Origin: Holosporaceae bacterium
Lineage (GTDB): Bacteria; Pseudomonadota; Alphaproteobacteria; UBA3830
Length of the DNA: 64,000 nt
Reading direction: 5' to 3'
NCBI GenBank assembly: GCA_031288795.1
Contig: JAITQS010000011.1
Coordinates: 327 to 64,326 of the forward strand
Made by a program: the position numbers and the translations under genes. The number at the start of each line of letters is the position of its first letter. Position 1 is the stretch's first letter. This document shows positions 28,127-38,132 of this stretch, piece by piece. The notes under the pieces were generated by a model. It did no database searches. It worked only from the letters and a program-made list of their open reading frames with translations, and was not told the origin of the DNA.

Positions 28127-28381
28127 ATGTTATCAAAACAGTCTTTGGATATATTGATAGATCTCGTCGAAATAAAGCTCAGCGCCATCATGGTAATTGA
28201 CGGTGAAGACCTGAAGGAAGTAAGAAAGTTGAAGCTTTGCCGAAATGAATTGCTAACGTCCCGCAAATTCTACACCAAGAACTTGACCATGTTGCAAGGA
28301 ACTTCGGACTCATATATGCCGTCCTACAGCCATGACCAAACTTCCTTCACCTCCAATGATTTTTTAGAAAAACATATCTAA
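28127..28381 (+). CDS. hypothetical small protein (doubtful)
   Basis: 84-aa ORF in the ruvX-prmA gap. No recognisable motif and no clear Shine-Dalgarno sequence. Confidence 0.25.
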   Translation: MLSKQSLDILIDLVEIKLSAIMVIDGEDLKEVRKLKLCRNELLTSRKFYTKNLTMLQGTSDSYMPSYSHDQTSFTSNDFLEKHI

Positions 28382-28453
28382 AAATCAATCATTGTGTAAA
28401 AAAAAGCAAATTCCATGACAAAAATGTCAAGGGAGGAAATTTGTGAGCGTTTT

Positions 28454-29296
28454 CTATTTTTCAAATACGACGGTGCTCCATTCCCGGTAATTATACACAT
28501 ATTTTACCGCTAATGCCAAAGATACGTACTGATCTATCACACTTTTATCGCCGGAGGTGAATCCCGACAGCACCAAAAGACCGCCCGGCGCCAAGCAATC
28601 CGTCACGTATGTTGACATTGCCACCAGCGGTTCAGATAATATGTTGGCCACTATAAAATCATAATTTTTTGCGGCAAATTCATGAGATTCGTTCCGAAAA
28701 ACCCCTACCCGATGATCGACTTTGTTGGTGATCAGATTATTTTTGGTGACGCGGACGGCTTCCGGATCATTATCGCAGGCCATCACACATTTGCAGCCCA
28801 GCTTGGCCAACGCAATACTGAGGATACCGGATCCTGATCCTATGTCCAGCGAAGTTTTGTGTCTTCTGGCATCAAAAAACGTCTGACACGCCATGAGACA
28901 GCGATTGGTGGTCGGATGCTCACCTGTACCAAAAGCCGTCGCCGCCGTGATTTCAATGGCAATTTTGTCGACGGGAATCGGAGTATTCCTCAGGTGATTT
29001 CCAAAAATATAAAAATTTCCCACCTCCAGCGGTTTGAAATTCTCAAAACATTTTTTTAGCCAATTGACGGGAGCAACTTTTTCAGATTTCAAAACAGAGT
29101 ATTGATAACTTTTCAGCATAACACTCATATGTTCAACTGCTATGGGTTTGTTGTCCAGCACTTCCAGCAGCCAGTGATCATTTTCTTCCACCGCAGACAC
29201 ACTAAGGTATCCGGCTTCGAAAAAAATATCCATCAGATCAAAGGCGTCTTTCAGGGAAAAGTTTCCCACAATGCAGCGGTGGATATTTTCATTCAT
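28454..29296 (-). CDS. prmA: ribosomal protein L11 methyltransferase
   Basis: Motifs: FGTGEHPTT, DIGSGSGILSIA, NILSEPL. Confidence 0.85.
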   Translation of the reverse strand: MNENIHRCIVGNFSLKDAFDLMDIFFEAGYLSVSAVEENDHWLLEVLDNKPIAVEHMSVMLKSYQYSVLKSEKVAPVNWLKKCFENFKPLEVGNFYIFGNHLRNTPIPVDKIAIEITAATAFGTGEHPTTNRCLMACQTFFDARRHKTSLDIGSGSGILSIALAKLGCKCVMACDNDPEAVRVTKNNLITNKVDHRVGVFRNESHEFAAKNYDFIVANILSEPLVAMSTYVTDCLAPGGLLVLSGFTSGDKSVIDQYVSLALAVKYVYNYREWSTVVFEK

Positions 29297-29826
29297 TTGG
29301 TTGTAATTGGAGACAATACCATCATCATTTGTCTTCCCTCCAATTGTGGAGCGCCCTCACATTTAGCGATTTCTTTTACATCGTCAACGATGCGCTTCAA
29401 TAATTTTGATCCAATCTCCTGATGGGAAAGCTCACGACCGCGAAATCTCAGCGTGACCTTTACCTTATTACCCTCGGAAACAAATCGACTAATACTCTGG
29501 AGTTTAACATTATAATCATGCTCACCAATCACCGGAGTAAACTTCACTTCCTTTATTTCGATAACTTTTTGCTTCTTTTTGGCTTCGGATTTTTTTTTCT
29601 GCAGCTCGTATTTTAATTTTCCATAATTTATTATCTTACAGACCGGAGGAACCGCCTGAGCAACAATTTCCACAAGATCGAGTCCTGCGTCGTTTGCCAT
29701 GAATTGCGCCTCTCGAGTGCTCACTATGCCAACCGGATTCCCGTTTTGATCGATCAGTCGAACCTGTGGCACAGTTATCATCTTGTTTATCCTATGTTTT
29801 TCTTCCGTGAACAAATTTTCTTCCAA
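29293..29826 (-). CDS. infC: translation initiation factor IF-3
   Basis: Motifs: INKMITVPQVRLIDQNG, CKIINYGKLKYELQKK, VKVTLRFRGRE. It has a non-ATG (TTG) start, which is common for infC. Confidence 0.9.
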   Translation of the reverse strand: MEENLFTEEKHRINKMITVPQVRLIDQNGNPVGIVSTREAQFMANDAGLDLVEIVAQAVPPVCKIINYGKLKYELQKKKSEAKKKQKVIEIKEVKFTPVIGEHDYNVKLQSISRFVSEGNKVKVTLRFRGRELSHQEIGSKLLKRIVDDVKEIAKCEGAPQLEGRQMMMVLSPITTK

Positions 29827-29914
29827 ATTTTAACTCCATAAATATATATGTCTCAGATTAATAATTTTTACGCAAAAATCAAGACCATTCTGCTTGAAAT
29901 CCATAGGTTTTGGA

Positions 29915-30005
29915 CAGAAAACAGCCCTCTCTGGAAATTACGCCGTTTCAAGCGGAGAGACGACATCCTCGCTTCACTACGCTCACAAGGATTTCGGAGC
30001 TGATA
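29915..30005. repeat. diverged relative of the palindromic family (subfamily shared with 51605-51747)
   Basis: GGAAATTACGCCGTTTCAAGCGGAGAGAC plus the arm CTCGCTTCACTACG match the core and the inverted arm of the 51.6-kb copy. Confidence 0.3.
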
Positions 30006-30158
30006 TTTAGCAAATACCGCCACTTGTGCTTGCATTCCTTGTTTTTGACTCAAATTAATCTACTTTCGAATCTTTCCCATGGTCCATCGTGGAACTTTTT
30101 GCATCCGCGATAAATCTTAACCTTTACGCAAAAAAAATCTCCAGACAATATTTTTAAC

Positions 30159-30187
30159 TTGACAAAACACGAAATACACTTTATACT
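30159..30187 (+). promoter_or_regulatory. consensus sigma70-type promoter
   Basis: TTGACA, a 17-nt spacer, then TATACT. It lies about 30 nt upstream of the ATG at 30216. AAGGA Shine-Dalgarno sequence at about 30203. Confidence 0.55.
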
Positions 30188-30215
30188 AATTGAGGTTAAA
30201 AAAAAGGATAAAAAA

Positions 30216-31220
30216 ATGAAAAAAATAATGATACTATCAGCTACTGTACTACTTGCTTGTGCCGGTGCAAACGCTGAATTCTCTTTTTTAGAGAAACAGG
30301 GCATGGAATATTTGCAAAAAAATCATAGTAACATCGCTACTATTATAGATGACAATATTGGCGACATGCCAGTAGATCTTAAAAAAGAAGTGAAGCATTT
30401 ATTGGCACATGTCAAAGAAGATAAAATCCTAGAACAACTGCAGGATTTGCTCTATACTTTTCCCCCAGCGAACGAAAGCTTAGAGCAGGGTATGTTGATG
30501 AAAGCGGATACAAATCAAAAGATGAGACAAAGAGCACAAACGAATAGAGAAAATTTGGAACAGGATATGTTGCTGAAAGCGGATATAAATCGAAAGGCGA
30601 GACAAATAGTACAGGCGGATGAAGAAGATTTGGAACAGGATATGTTGCTGAAAGCGGATATAAATCGAAAGGCGAGACAAATAGTACAGGCGGATGAAGA
30701 ACGTTTGGAAGCAATCAATATGCAGAAGGAGCTTGAGCAGCAGAAAGAGCGTGAGCAGCAGAAGGAGCTTGAGCGTAGAACATTAATAATATCAGGACTA
30801 TCTCTGCAAGATTATAGCAAAGGTTGCGATATATATGCAAGCGAGTATCTTGCGAAGAAGGATTCAGCTTACAAAAATATGTCCGCCATGAACATAAAGC
30901 AGACCCTTCATACCCAAGTAGTTAACTACTCCAAAAGTAATAATGCCGCTCATAGGCTATTAGCTCTTGAAATGACCAAAGCATACATAACACTAGGACA
31001 ACTTTCGCGTGAGTGCAAAAAAGCATTATCAGTATCTAGCAAAGCTCATTCTAAGAAGCTTTTAGAACTTAGGTGCGTGATAGGTATAATCGACATGCAT
31101 CGTCGTTTGGCCGCTAAGAACTCAATGCGTCAGGTAGAACAACATATGACCAAACTGTACAGTGAGGCAAAACTATCAACTACGCCGCCAATACCAAGTG
31201 TTGTATTCAAGTCCAATTAG
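30216..31220 (+). CDS. hypothetical secreted coiled-coil protein with 25-aa tandem repeats
   Basis: Signal peptide MKKIMILSATVLLACAGANA. Three copies of LEQDMLLKADINRKARQIVQADEED (the first degenerate). Also ELEQQKEREQQKELE. No family recognised. Confidence 0.65.
   Translation: MKKIMILSATVLLACAGANAEFSFLEKQGMEYLQKNHSNIATIIDDNIGDMPVDLKKEVKHLLAHVKEDKILEQLQDLLYTFPPANESLEQGMLMKADTNQKMRQRAQTNRENLEQDMLLKADINRKARQIVQADEEDLEQDMLLKADINRKARQIVQADEERLEAINMQKELEQQKEREQQKELERRTLIISGLSLQDYSKGCDIYASEYLAKKDSAYKNMSAMNIKQTLHTQVVNYSKSNNAAHRLLALEMTKAYITLGQLSRECKKALSVSSKAHSKKLLELRCVIGIIDMHRRLAAKNSMRQVEQHMTKLYSEAKLSTTPPIPSVVFKSN
30479..30710 (+). repeat. 75-bp coding tandem repeat, 3 copies
   Basis: Period 75 nt (TTTGGAA at 30554, 30629 and 30704). 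Copies 2 and 3 are near-identical. Confidence 0.85.
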
Positions 31221-31225
31221 AGAAC

Positions 31226-31324
31226 AGAGAACGTTGCTAAGAAGATATTCCCGCAAGAACGAATACAACCTATTGGTAGCAGACCTTAGGAAGTCGATTG
31301 CAAAAAATATCAACTTAGCAACAA
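31226..31324. repeat. diverged short palindromic element copy O
   Basis: Termini GAACGTTGCTAAGAAGATA...TATCAACTTAGCAAC, with CCGCAAGAACGA in the interior. Confidence 0.35.
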
Positions 31325-31483
31325 TTTTTTTTCTTGAGTGACCCCCAATGAGTAACCATAGATTAAACAACTTACATTATGCTAACATCACACGAGATTG
31401 TGCGCCGTCGAGAAAAGTTTCATAATATTTGGAGAAGCTAGAAGAATAAGGATAAATTAATACAGGGATGTTATGGTCTTATA

Positions 31484-32242
31484 ATGAAAATACATTTTAT
31501 TTGCTCATGCAATGTTAAATCTAGAAGCGCTTTTGATTACATGGTGAAAACCTATGGGCAATGGGAAGCGGAGTCCGCCGATTGCATCGTCGCTTTGTCC
31601 GGAGACGGCACGGTTCTGAGAGCTTTTCATGAAACTGCAGAGCTTGGAATCCCCGTATACGGCATGAATAGAGGGGGCGTAGGTTTTCTCACGAATGTAT
31701 ATCGGGAGGAGAATCTAATCGAAAGAATAGAAAAGGCTTCTCCGCTGAAAATTCATCCCATAAGAGTGATGGCGGAAAGGCAAAACGGCGAAACATTTAA
31801 CACCATAGCTGTAAATGAGTTATATCTTCTCCGGGAAACCCACCAGACCGCAAAGATCAGAGTAAAAGTTGATGGCATTTTGAGAATGCCCGAATTGGTG
31901 TGTGACGGTATTATTGTAGCGACGTCCACCGGTAGCAGCGCCTATAACTACTCGGCCAATGGTCCGATAATACCGCCCGGATCACGACTGATGGCCCTTA
32001 CGCCCATAAGCTCTTTTCGGCCCCGCGGCTGGAGAGGAGCGCTGCTGTCGTCGGACACGGTCCTGGATATGGAAGTGATAGATCACACCCAAAGACCCGT
32101 GTGCGCAGTGGCAGACTATGTCGAATTCAGATGCGTATCAAAAGTCAGAGTATATGAAGAAAAAAATATGACCCTGACGTTGCTGTTTGACGAAGAAAAC
32201 GAATTGCACAAAAAAATTCTGGACGAGCAATTCGCCACCTAA
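31484..32242 (+). CDS. nadK: NAD kinase
   Basis: Motifs: GDGTVLRA, NRGGVGFL, STGSSAYNYSANGPI. Confidence 0.85.
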   Translation: MKIHFICSCNVKSRSAFDYMVKTYGQWEAESADCIVALSGDGTVLRAFHETAELGIPVYGMNRGGVGFLTNVYREENLIERIEKASPLKIHPIRVMAERQNGETFNTIAVNELYLLRETHQTAKIRVKVDGILRMPELVCDGIIVATSTGSSAYNYSANGPIIPPGSRLMALTPISSFRPRGWRGALLSSDTVLDMEVIDHTQRPVCAVADYVEFRCVSKVRVYEEKNMTLTLLFDEENELHKKILDEQFAT

Positions 32243-32246
32243 ACTT

Positions 32247-32377
32247 GAGACTGCCTAATGAGATTTTTCCCGCAATAACGAGGAAAAACGTAGCGCAAGA
32301 CCGCCGTGTACTACCTACCCGTACATGATGATCTTGACGAAGTCGATGGCGAGAAAAAGCCATTAGGCAACAGTCTC
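32247..32377 (+). repeat. palindromic MITE-like element, full-length copy E
   Basis: It starts 5 nt after the nadK stop. Termini GAGACTGCCTAATGAG...CCATTAGGCAACAGTCTC. Confidence 0.85.
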
Positions 32378-32455
32378 TTCTAATCACAAATTTTTGTTTG
32401 CAACGGCGTTTAGACCTTATATTAAATGTGATTATTTAGTATGCTCAGGGGAGAT

Positions 32456-32518
32456 TTTTGCACAATGATGCCCTCTGCCAAAGTTACTGGCAGAAAAGAT
32501 TTGTTGCGCAACAGTCTC
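32456..32518. repeat. mini variant of the palindromic element, copy F
   Basis: TTGCACAATGATG...TTGTTGCGCAACAGTCTC. The termini are retained and the interior is replaced by a short hairpin (CTGCCAAAGTTACTGGCAG). Confidence 0.4.
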
Positions 32519-32610
32519 CATTATACCGGTTGACGCCACTGAAATAAAGGTTGGCACCATTTTCGGTTTATTTCGGTTAGTTGTTTTTAATTTTAGAAGG
32601 AATGTAGTTT

Positions 32611-33624
32611 ATGGATAAGGAAAAAGCTCTTGATGTCGCACTTTCTCAAATAGAGAAAGCGTTTGGTAAAGGTTCCATAATGAAGCTTGGTCAGCGGGGG
32701 AGTCTGGTAGAGATAGAAGCAGTTTCGACCGGATCCATCGGACTGGACATGGCTCTCGGCATAGGAGGATTTCCTAAAGGAAGGATTATCGAGATTTTTG
32801 GTCCCGAGAGTTCTGGAAAAACGACGTTGGCGCTGCACGCCGTTGCCGAAGCCCAGAAAAAAGGCGGCATCTGCGCCTACATCGACGCCGAGCACGCTCT
32901 TGATCCGATATACGCCAAGAATCTCGGAGTAAATGTGGATTCTCTGGTGCTGTCTCAGCCGGATACCGGAGAGCAAGCTCTGGAAATCGCTGACACGCTT
33001 GTGCGTTCCGGTGCCATCGACATCCTGGTGGTGGACAGCGTCGCCGCCCTCGTGCCAAAAGCAGAAATAGAAGGCGAAATGGGCGATGCTCACATGGGAT
33101 TGCAAGCAAGGCTCATGAGTCAGGCTCTGCGTAAGCTTACGGCAACCGTATCCAAGTCCAACAGCATCCTGATTTTCATAAATCAAATTCGCATGAAGAT
33201 AGGAGTATTTTTTGGCAATCCGGAAACCACAACCGGAGGAAATGCGCTCAAATTCTATGCGTCTGTTCGTCTGGATATCCGTCGCATCGGATCTCTGAAG
33301 GAAAAAGATCAGGTAATAGGCAATCAAGTGCGCGTCAAGGTGGTAAAAAACAAGGTCGCACCTCCGTTTAAGGTCATCGATTTTGATATCATATACGGCG
33401 AAGGCATTTCCAAAACCGGCGAGCTCATCGACATCGGTGTAAAAATCGGAGCCGTAGACAAATCCGGATCCTGGTACTCGTTCGGAGATCAAAAACTGGG
33501 ACAGGGCAAAGAAGCCGCACGTCAATTCCTGAAAGAACATCCGGAAGTAGCCGATAAAGTAGAACAAATGATAAGAAATAACGGCGAATTGGTGTCCGAA
33601 ATCACAAATATAGCCCCCGAATAA
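32611..33624 (+). CDS. recA: recombinase RecA
   Basis: Motifs: [37 protein letters not shown]. Confidence 0.97.
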   Translation: MDKEKALDVALSQIEKAFGKGSIMKLGQRGSLVEIEAVSTGSIGLDMALGIGGFPKGRIIEIFGPESSGKTTLALHAVAEAQKKGGICAYIDAEHALDPIYAKNLGVNVDSLVLSQPDTGEQALEIADTLVRSGAIDILVVDSVAALVPKAEIEGEMGDAHMGLQARLMSQALRKLTATVSKSNSILIFINQIRMKIGVFFGNPETTTGGNALKFYASVRLDIRRIGSLKEKDQVIGNQVRVKVVKNKVAPPFKVIDFDIIYGEGISKTGELIDIGVKIGAVDKSGSWYSFGDQKLGQGKEAARQFLKEHPEVADKVEQMIRNNGELVSEITNIAPE

Positions 33625-33644
33625 CGCTCCATGCCCATTGTTAA

Positions 33645-34505
33645 ATGAATAGCATATCTAAAAAAAAGCTTGGTTATATTTTTGTGGTAGTGAGCGTATG
33701 TCTGTATTCATTTTCTGATGCCATCATGAAATATTTTATGCCGTATTATGGGGTAAATCAGATAGTATTTTTACGCACCATGTGCCGATTTATTCCGCTG
33801 ATGTGCTTCGCCGTTTATAAAAAAATTAATCCGGCCCAAACGAATCGGGTCGGAGAAAACATTTTTCGGTCGGTTCTCGCCTGTTTCGGAACGTATGCGT
33901 TTATGTTGGCCTATAAAGAGTCGAATATGGTGGACGTAATTGTCGTTGGCTACACGACGGCGATTTTTGTAATTCCCCTTAGTGTACTCTTGCTCCAGGA
34001 GAAATTTTATGCGCGGGACGCCATCGCGGTGGTGGTTGGATTTCTCGGAATACTATTGGCATTTAGACCTGGTTTAGGCATTTTCCGACCTGGAATTTTG
34101 TTAGCGGTCATTGGTGCCGTCATTAGTGCTCTAAATCAGGTGATTATCAAGCGATTATCGTTTACCGACAGCGAATTCACCATTATTTTTTACCATCATG
34201 TTACTCTTCTCATGACTTCCCTTGCCTTCGGATTCAATGATTTTTCGCGATTACCATTTGCGGACGCCATTTACATAATCGCAGGAGGTGTAATAGGCGC
34301 CATTGCCCAATACTGCGTGATTCATGCATTTAAATTGTCATCCAGCTCTCACCTGGCATCGGCCACCTACACAATGCTGATTCCGGCAACTTTTTGGGAT
34401 TTTTTCATATACCACCAAACGCCGGATTTTTTCATAATTGGCGGACTTGTGCTTATATCCATGGGGAGTTTTTGGGTGATTTCCGCAAGATCCCAAAAGC
34501 AATAA
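33645..34505 (+). CDS. EamA/DMT-family transporter
   Basis: 286 aa with about 10 TM segments in an EamA-like duplicated architecture. Confidence 0.8.
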   Translation: MNSISKKKLGYIFVVVSVCLYSFSDAIMKYFMPYYGVNQIVFLRTMCRFIPLMCFAVYKKINPAQTNRVGENIFRSVLACFGTYAFMLAYKESNMVDVIVVGYTTAIFVIPLSVLLLQEKFYARDAIAVVVGFLGILLAFRPGLGIFRPGILLAVIGAVISALNQVIIKRLSFTDSEFTIIFYHHVTLLMTSLAFGFNDFSRLPFADAIYIIAGGVIGAIAQYCVIHAFKLSSSSHLASATYTMLIPATFWDFFIYHQTPDFFIIGGLVLISMGSFWVISARSQKQ

Positions 34506-34739
34506 GCAAAATGTGATATATTTGTGAGTAGTTCCTAATATTTTAGCGTTGCGACGAAAAGAGAGTGATACCAATATGGAAAATTAACGTTTTTTATGCT
34601 AATATTGCATTATACTAGGGCTGTTGAGATCGAAATAATTTTCAGACATCAACAGCCCTATAATTTGTCGTGATGTTATGCTCGATCTCGTTTGTATACG
34701 GTGATACCTGGCATTTTTTGATTTTGGAGAGAATAACCT

Positions 34740-36551
34740 ATGGAATTTCGCAACTTTGCAATAATTGCGCACGTTGATCATGGAAAAACGACTCTGGTGG
34801 ACGCTATGTTCAAGCAAAGCGGTCTGTTCAGGAGCAATCAGCAGATGGAAAACTGCGCTATGGACTACAATGCTCTGGAGCGGGAGCGCGGCATTACCAT
34901 TCTTGCCAAATGCACTAGTTTTGTCTGGAACCACATAAAACTAAACATAGTCGACACTCCCGGCCACGCGGATTTCGGCGGAGAGGTGGAGCGTATTCTC
35001 AGCATGGTGGATGGAGTTCTGCTGCTGGTGGACGCGTCGGAAGGACCTATGCCCCAGACGAAATTCGTGCTCACAAAAGCTCTAGCGCTGAATCTCAATC
35101 CCATTGTGGTCATAAACAAGATAGACAAATCCGACGCCCGAGTCACCGAGGTAATAGACGAAGTATTTGATCTATTTGTGGCTCTTGGAGCCAACGAAAA
35201 ACAATTGGATTTTCCAATATTATACGCGTCCGGTCGAAACGGCTGGGCGGTCCAACACCTGGATGATGAGCGCCGGGATCTCACGCCACTGCTGAATACC
35301 ATTGTGCAACACGTTCATCACCCGGAAATAGATGAAAAAGCTCCATTTCAGATGTTGGTCACCATGCTGGACTACGATCAGTACCTGGGACGCGTGCTTA
35401 CCGGAAAAATTCTGAGGGGAAACGCCAAAATAAACGACGCTGTGCACGCCATTAGCCCCACCGGCGGAATCGTCGAGCGCGCACGACTTACAAAATTGTT
35501 GTCATTCGAGGGACTAAAGCGCATTCCCGTGGAAAATGCCTCCTGCGGCGACATCATCGCCATTGCCGGATTGGAAGTGGCAACCGTGGCGGACACCATC
35601 GCATCAACAGAAGTCACAACACCCCTAAAATCTCTGCCCATAGATCCACCAACCCTGTCCATGATTTTTTCCATTAACGATTCCCCTCTCGGAGGTCAGG
35701 AGGGAAAAAAATTAACCTCCCGCATGATCTGGGAAAGATTAGAAAAAGAAGCAGAAGGCAATATCTCCATCTCCATAAAAAAATCAGAAGACCAGGACTC
35801 ATTCGAAGTGGCCGGTCGCGGCGAATTGCAGCTGGGCATACTCATAGAAACTATGCGGCGAGAAGGATTCGAAATGTCCATTAGCAGACCACAGGTCCTC
35901 TACAAAAACGTCAACGGAGAAAAATTAGAACCTATGGAAGAATTGTACATAGATCTGGATGACGAATTTACCGGACTTGTCGTGGAAAAAATCACTCTCC
36001 GAAAAGGAATGCTGCAGGATATGCGTCCGTCCGGCATGGGAAAAACACGGCTGAAGTTCCTTATCCCCACCCGCGGACTCATCGGCTACCACAGCGAATT
36101 CCTCACGGATACACGCGGAAGCGGCATCATGAACCGATCCTTCTACGCCTATGAACCATACAAGGGACCCCTCGAAGGCAGAACTAAAGGTGTGCTTATC
36201 TCGAATTCTATGGGTAATGCCATCCCCTACGCACTTTTTTTCCTGGAAGAAAGAGGTACACTGTTTGTAAAACCCGGTGACCCCGTCTACGAAGGCATGA
36301 TCATTGGCGAAAATAATAAAAATAACGATCTGGATGTCAATCCCACAAAAACCAAACAGTTAACCAATATGAGAGCCTCCGGAAAAGATGAAAATATTAA
36401 ACTATCTCCTCCCCGGGCTATTTCATTGGAACAGGCTTTGTCATATATTCAGGACGATGAGCGAGTGGAAGTTACGCCAACCTCAATCCGATTGAGAAAA
36501 AGGTACCTTGACCAAAATACTCGCAAAAAAATGAGTAGATTGGAAAAATGA
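34740..36551 (+). CDS. typA: translational GTPase TypA/BipA
   Basis: Motifs: AIIAHVDHGKTTL, DTPGHADFGGEV, NKID. An EF-G-like C-terminal domain set is present. Confidence 0.95.
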   Translation: MEFRNFAIIAHVDHGKTTLVDAMFKQSGLFRSNQQMENCAMDYNALERERGITILAKCTSFVWNHIKLNIVDTPGHADFGGEVERILSMVDGVLLLVDASEGPMPQTKFVLTKALALNLNPIVVINKIDKSDARVTEVIDEVFDLFVALGANEKQLDFPILYASGRNGWAVQHLDDERRDLTPLLNTIVQHVHHPEIDEKAPFQMLVTMLDYDQYLGRVLTGKILRGNAKINDAVHAISPTGGIVERARLTKLLSFEGLKRIPVENASCGDIIAIAGLEVATVADTIASTEVTTPLKSLPIDPPTLSMIFSINDSPLGGQEGKKLTSRMIWERLEKEAEGNISISIKKSEDQDSFEVAGRGELQLGILIETMRREGFEMSISRPQVLYKNVNGEKLEPMEELYIDLDDEFTGLVVEKITLRKGMLQDMRPSGMGKTRLKFLIPTRGLIGYHSEFLTDTRGSGIMNRSFYAYEPYKGPLEGRTKGVLISNSMGNAIPYALFFLEERGTLFVKPGDPVYEGMIIGENNKNNDLDVNPTKTKQLTNMRASGKDENIKLSPPRAISLEQALSYIQDDERVEVTPTSIRLRKRYLDQNTRKKMSRLEK

Positions 36552-37855
36552 ATTTTACGTCTATTTTAGGCGATTTTCTAAAAACTTACCGGAATCCAAA
36601 GGTTTGCTCCATATTTTTTATCGGATTCTCCTGCGGATTACCGTTTCTTCTGACTCTTACAATTTTAGACCTCTGGCTAAAGGAGTGCGGCGTATCAAAC
36701 ACCGTAATAGGATTGTTTACGCTGCTCCATTGGCCGTTTACGCTGAAATTTCTGTGGGCACCATTCATAGATAAGTACAATATTCCATTTTGGCCGAAAA
36801 AATTTGGTCGATTGCGGGGCTGGGCCATTGGCAGTCAGCTGCTGCTGTTTATTGGCATCTACGGCATGTCCTGCAGCAGCCCGATTTCCAGTCCATTTCA
36901 GCTGATTCTGTGGGCGTCGCTGGTGGCGTTTGCCGATGGATGCCAGGACATATCTCTCTACGCCTATCAGCTCGATCGAGCTCGAAAAGATCTGCTGGGA
37001 CCCGTCGCCGGAGTCGTAATCTTCGGCTATAAAACCGGTATGCTCTTTGCCAAAAGCTCCGCCTTGTACCTGGCCTATTATCTCGGATGGAATAGGGCTT
37101 ATCTCCTAATGGCAGTTGTTATCCTGATTTGCACCATTGTTATATGCTGCATTCCCGAGCCCGTAACCAATGACGCAGACGCTGACGCATCCGTGCCCTA
37201 CCATTCAAATTCCAGTTCTGAATTTATTAAATTTCTTAAAAAAACAATTTTTGAGTGTCTGGTGTGCCCATTTAGAATTTTTATGAAAAAAGAAAACTGG
37301 AAAAGCCTGGTTGCCTTGGTAATTTTATTCAAGGCCGGCTATATCCTGACTCAAAAAATGGCAAAGCCGTTCTATGTGGACATGGGATTCAGTATTCTGG
37401 AAATAGCCAATGTGGTCCAGGTGTTTGGTACATTGGCAGCCTTGGCCGGAGGAATGATCGGCGGTTACCTCGTAAAAAAAATTACTCTTCACAAAGTTAT
37501 GTTTTACACGGCAATAGCGCATGCCGTATCCTGTATGGCCTATCTACTGCTGTCGCAGGTCGGTCACAGCATAACGATGCTCTACGTTACCGTTTTTGTT
37601 GAGAATGTCACCGAAGGAGCCATGGGAACGTCATTTATTGCTTTTTTATACAGCCTCTGCGAAATAAGATACTGCGCCACCCAGTACGCTCTGCTCTGGG
37701 CTTTCTACGACTTCGGAGGCATGTTATGCCGCATAATATCCGGAGTCCTCGCAGACGCTCTGGGCTGGACAAATTTCTTCCTCTTCATGCCACTGACATT
37801 TATTCCGAGTCTAGCCATTCTCCGAAAAATGATTCGATCCGAACAACGAACCTGA
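36548..37855 (+). CDS. ampG: AmpG-family muropeptide/MFS transporter
   Basis: 435 aa, multi-TM, with GFSCGLPFLL near the N-terminus. The ATGA overlaps the typA stop. Confidence 0.75.
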   Translation: MNFTSILGDFLKTYRNPKVCSIFFIGFSCGLPFLLTLTILDLWLKECGVSNTVIGLFTLLHWPFTLKFLWAPFIDKYNIPFWPKKFGRLRGWAIGSQLLLFIGIYGMSCSSPISSPFQLILWASLVAFADGCQDISLYAYQLDRARKDLLGPVAGVVIFGYKTGMLFAKSSALYLAYYLGWNRAYLLMAVVILICTIVICCIPEPVTNDADADASVPYHSNSSSEFIKFLKKTIFECLVCPFRIFMKKENWKSLVALVILFKAGYILTQKMAKPFYVDMGFSILEIANVVQVFGTLAALAGGMIGGYLVKKITLHKVMFYTAIAHAVSCMAYLLLSQVGHSITMLYVTVFVENVTEGAMGTSFIAFLYSLCEIRYCATQYALLWAFYDFGGMLCRIISGVLADALGWTNFFLFMPLTFIPSLAILRKMIRSEQRT

Positions 37856-38132
37856 TGTATAAAAAACCACTCCAAGCAGGTTTTGCAAGAACTCTAACGT
37901 AATGAAATTCTCCCGATACTTTATTGGTCCACCATGTCCTAAAAGCATGTCATGAAAGCTGAAAATACAATGTATCCTTGTTCTGACGCCGTTGCTTTTT
38001 TTCATGGACCAGAGTATCATTCAACTATGAAGATATTGCAAGCATATAAGAAACTGTTGCCGGTCTGTTGGAAACCATGTGTCGGCATTGGAAAAGAAAA
38101 ATATAAAAAAAGTATTTTAATGGACCCTAATA

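Noticed and set aside
27960-28136. The 59-codon N-terminal extension of ruvX in the ORF track.
   Set aside because: The extension reads through repeat copy D. The conserved YqgF domain begins shortly after the ATG at 27959.
29915-30005. Apparent inversion of the 30-bp core between the 29.9-kb and 51.6-kb subfamily copies (an invertible-switch idea).
   Set aside because: Re-alignment shows the cores match in the same orientation. The well-conserved arm in one copy is simply the opposite arm of the palindrome in the other, so no inversion is needed.
29827-30158. The 330-nt gap after infC as a possible structured ncRNA (SRP RNA, tmRNA, 6S).
   Set aside because: I could not find the conserved SRP or tmRNA motifs. 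Most of the conserved-looking part is explained by the repeat subfamily copy.
32593-33567. 324-aa ORF antisense to recA.
   Set aside because: It is a shadow ORF opposite a highly conserved gene. It has no motifs, and recA is unambiguous.
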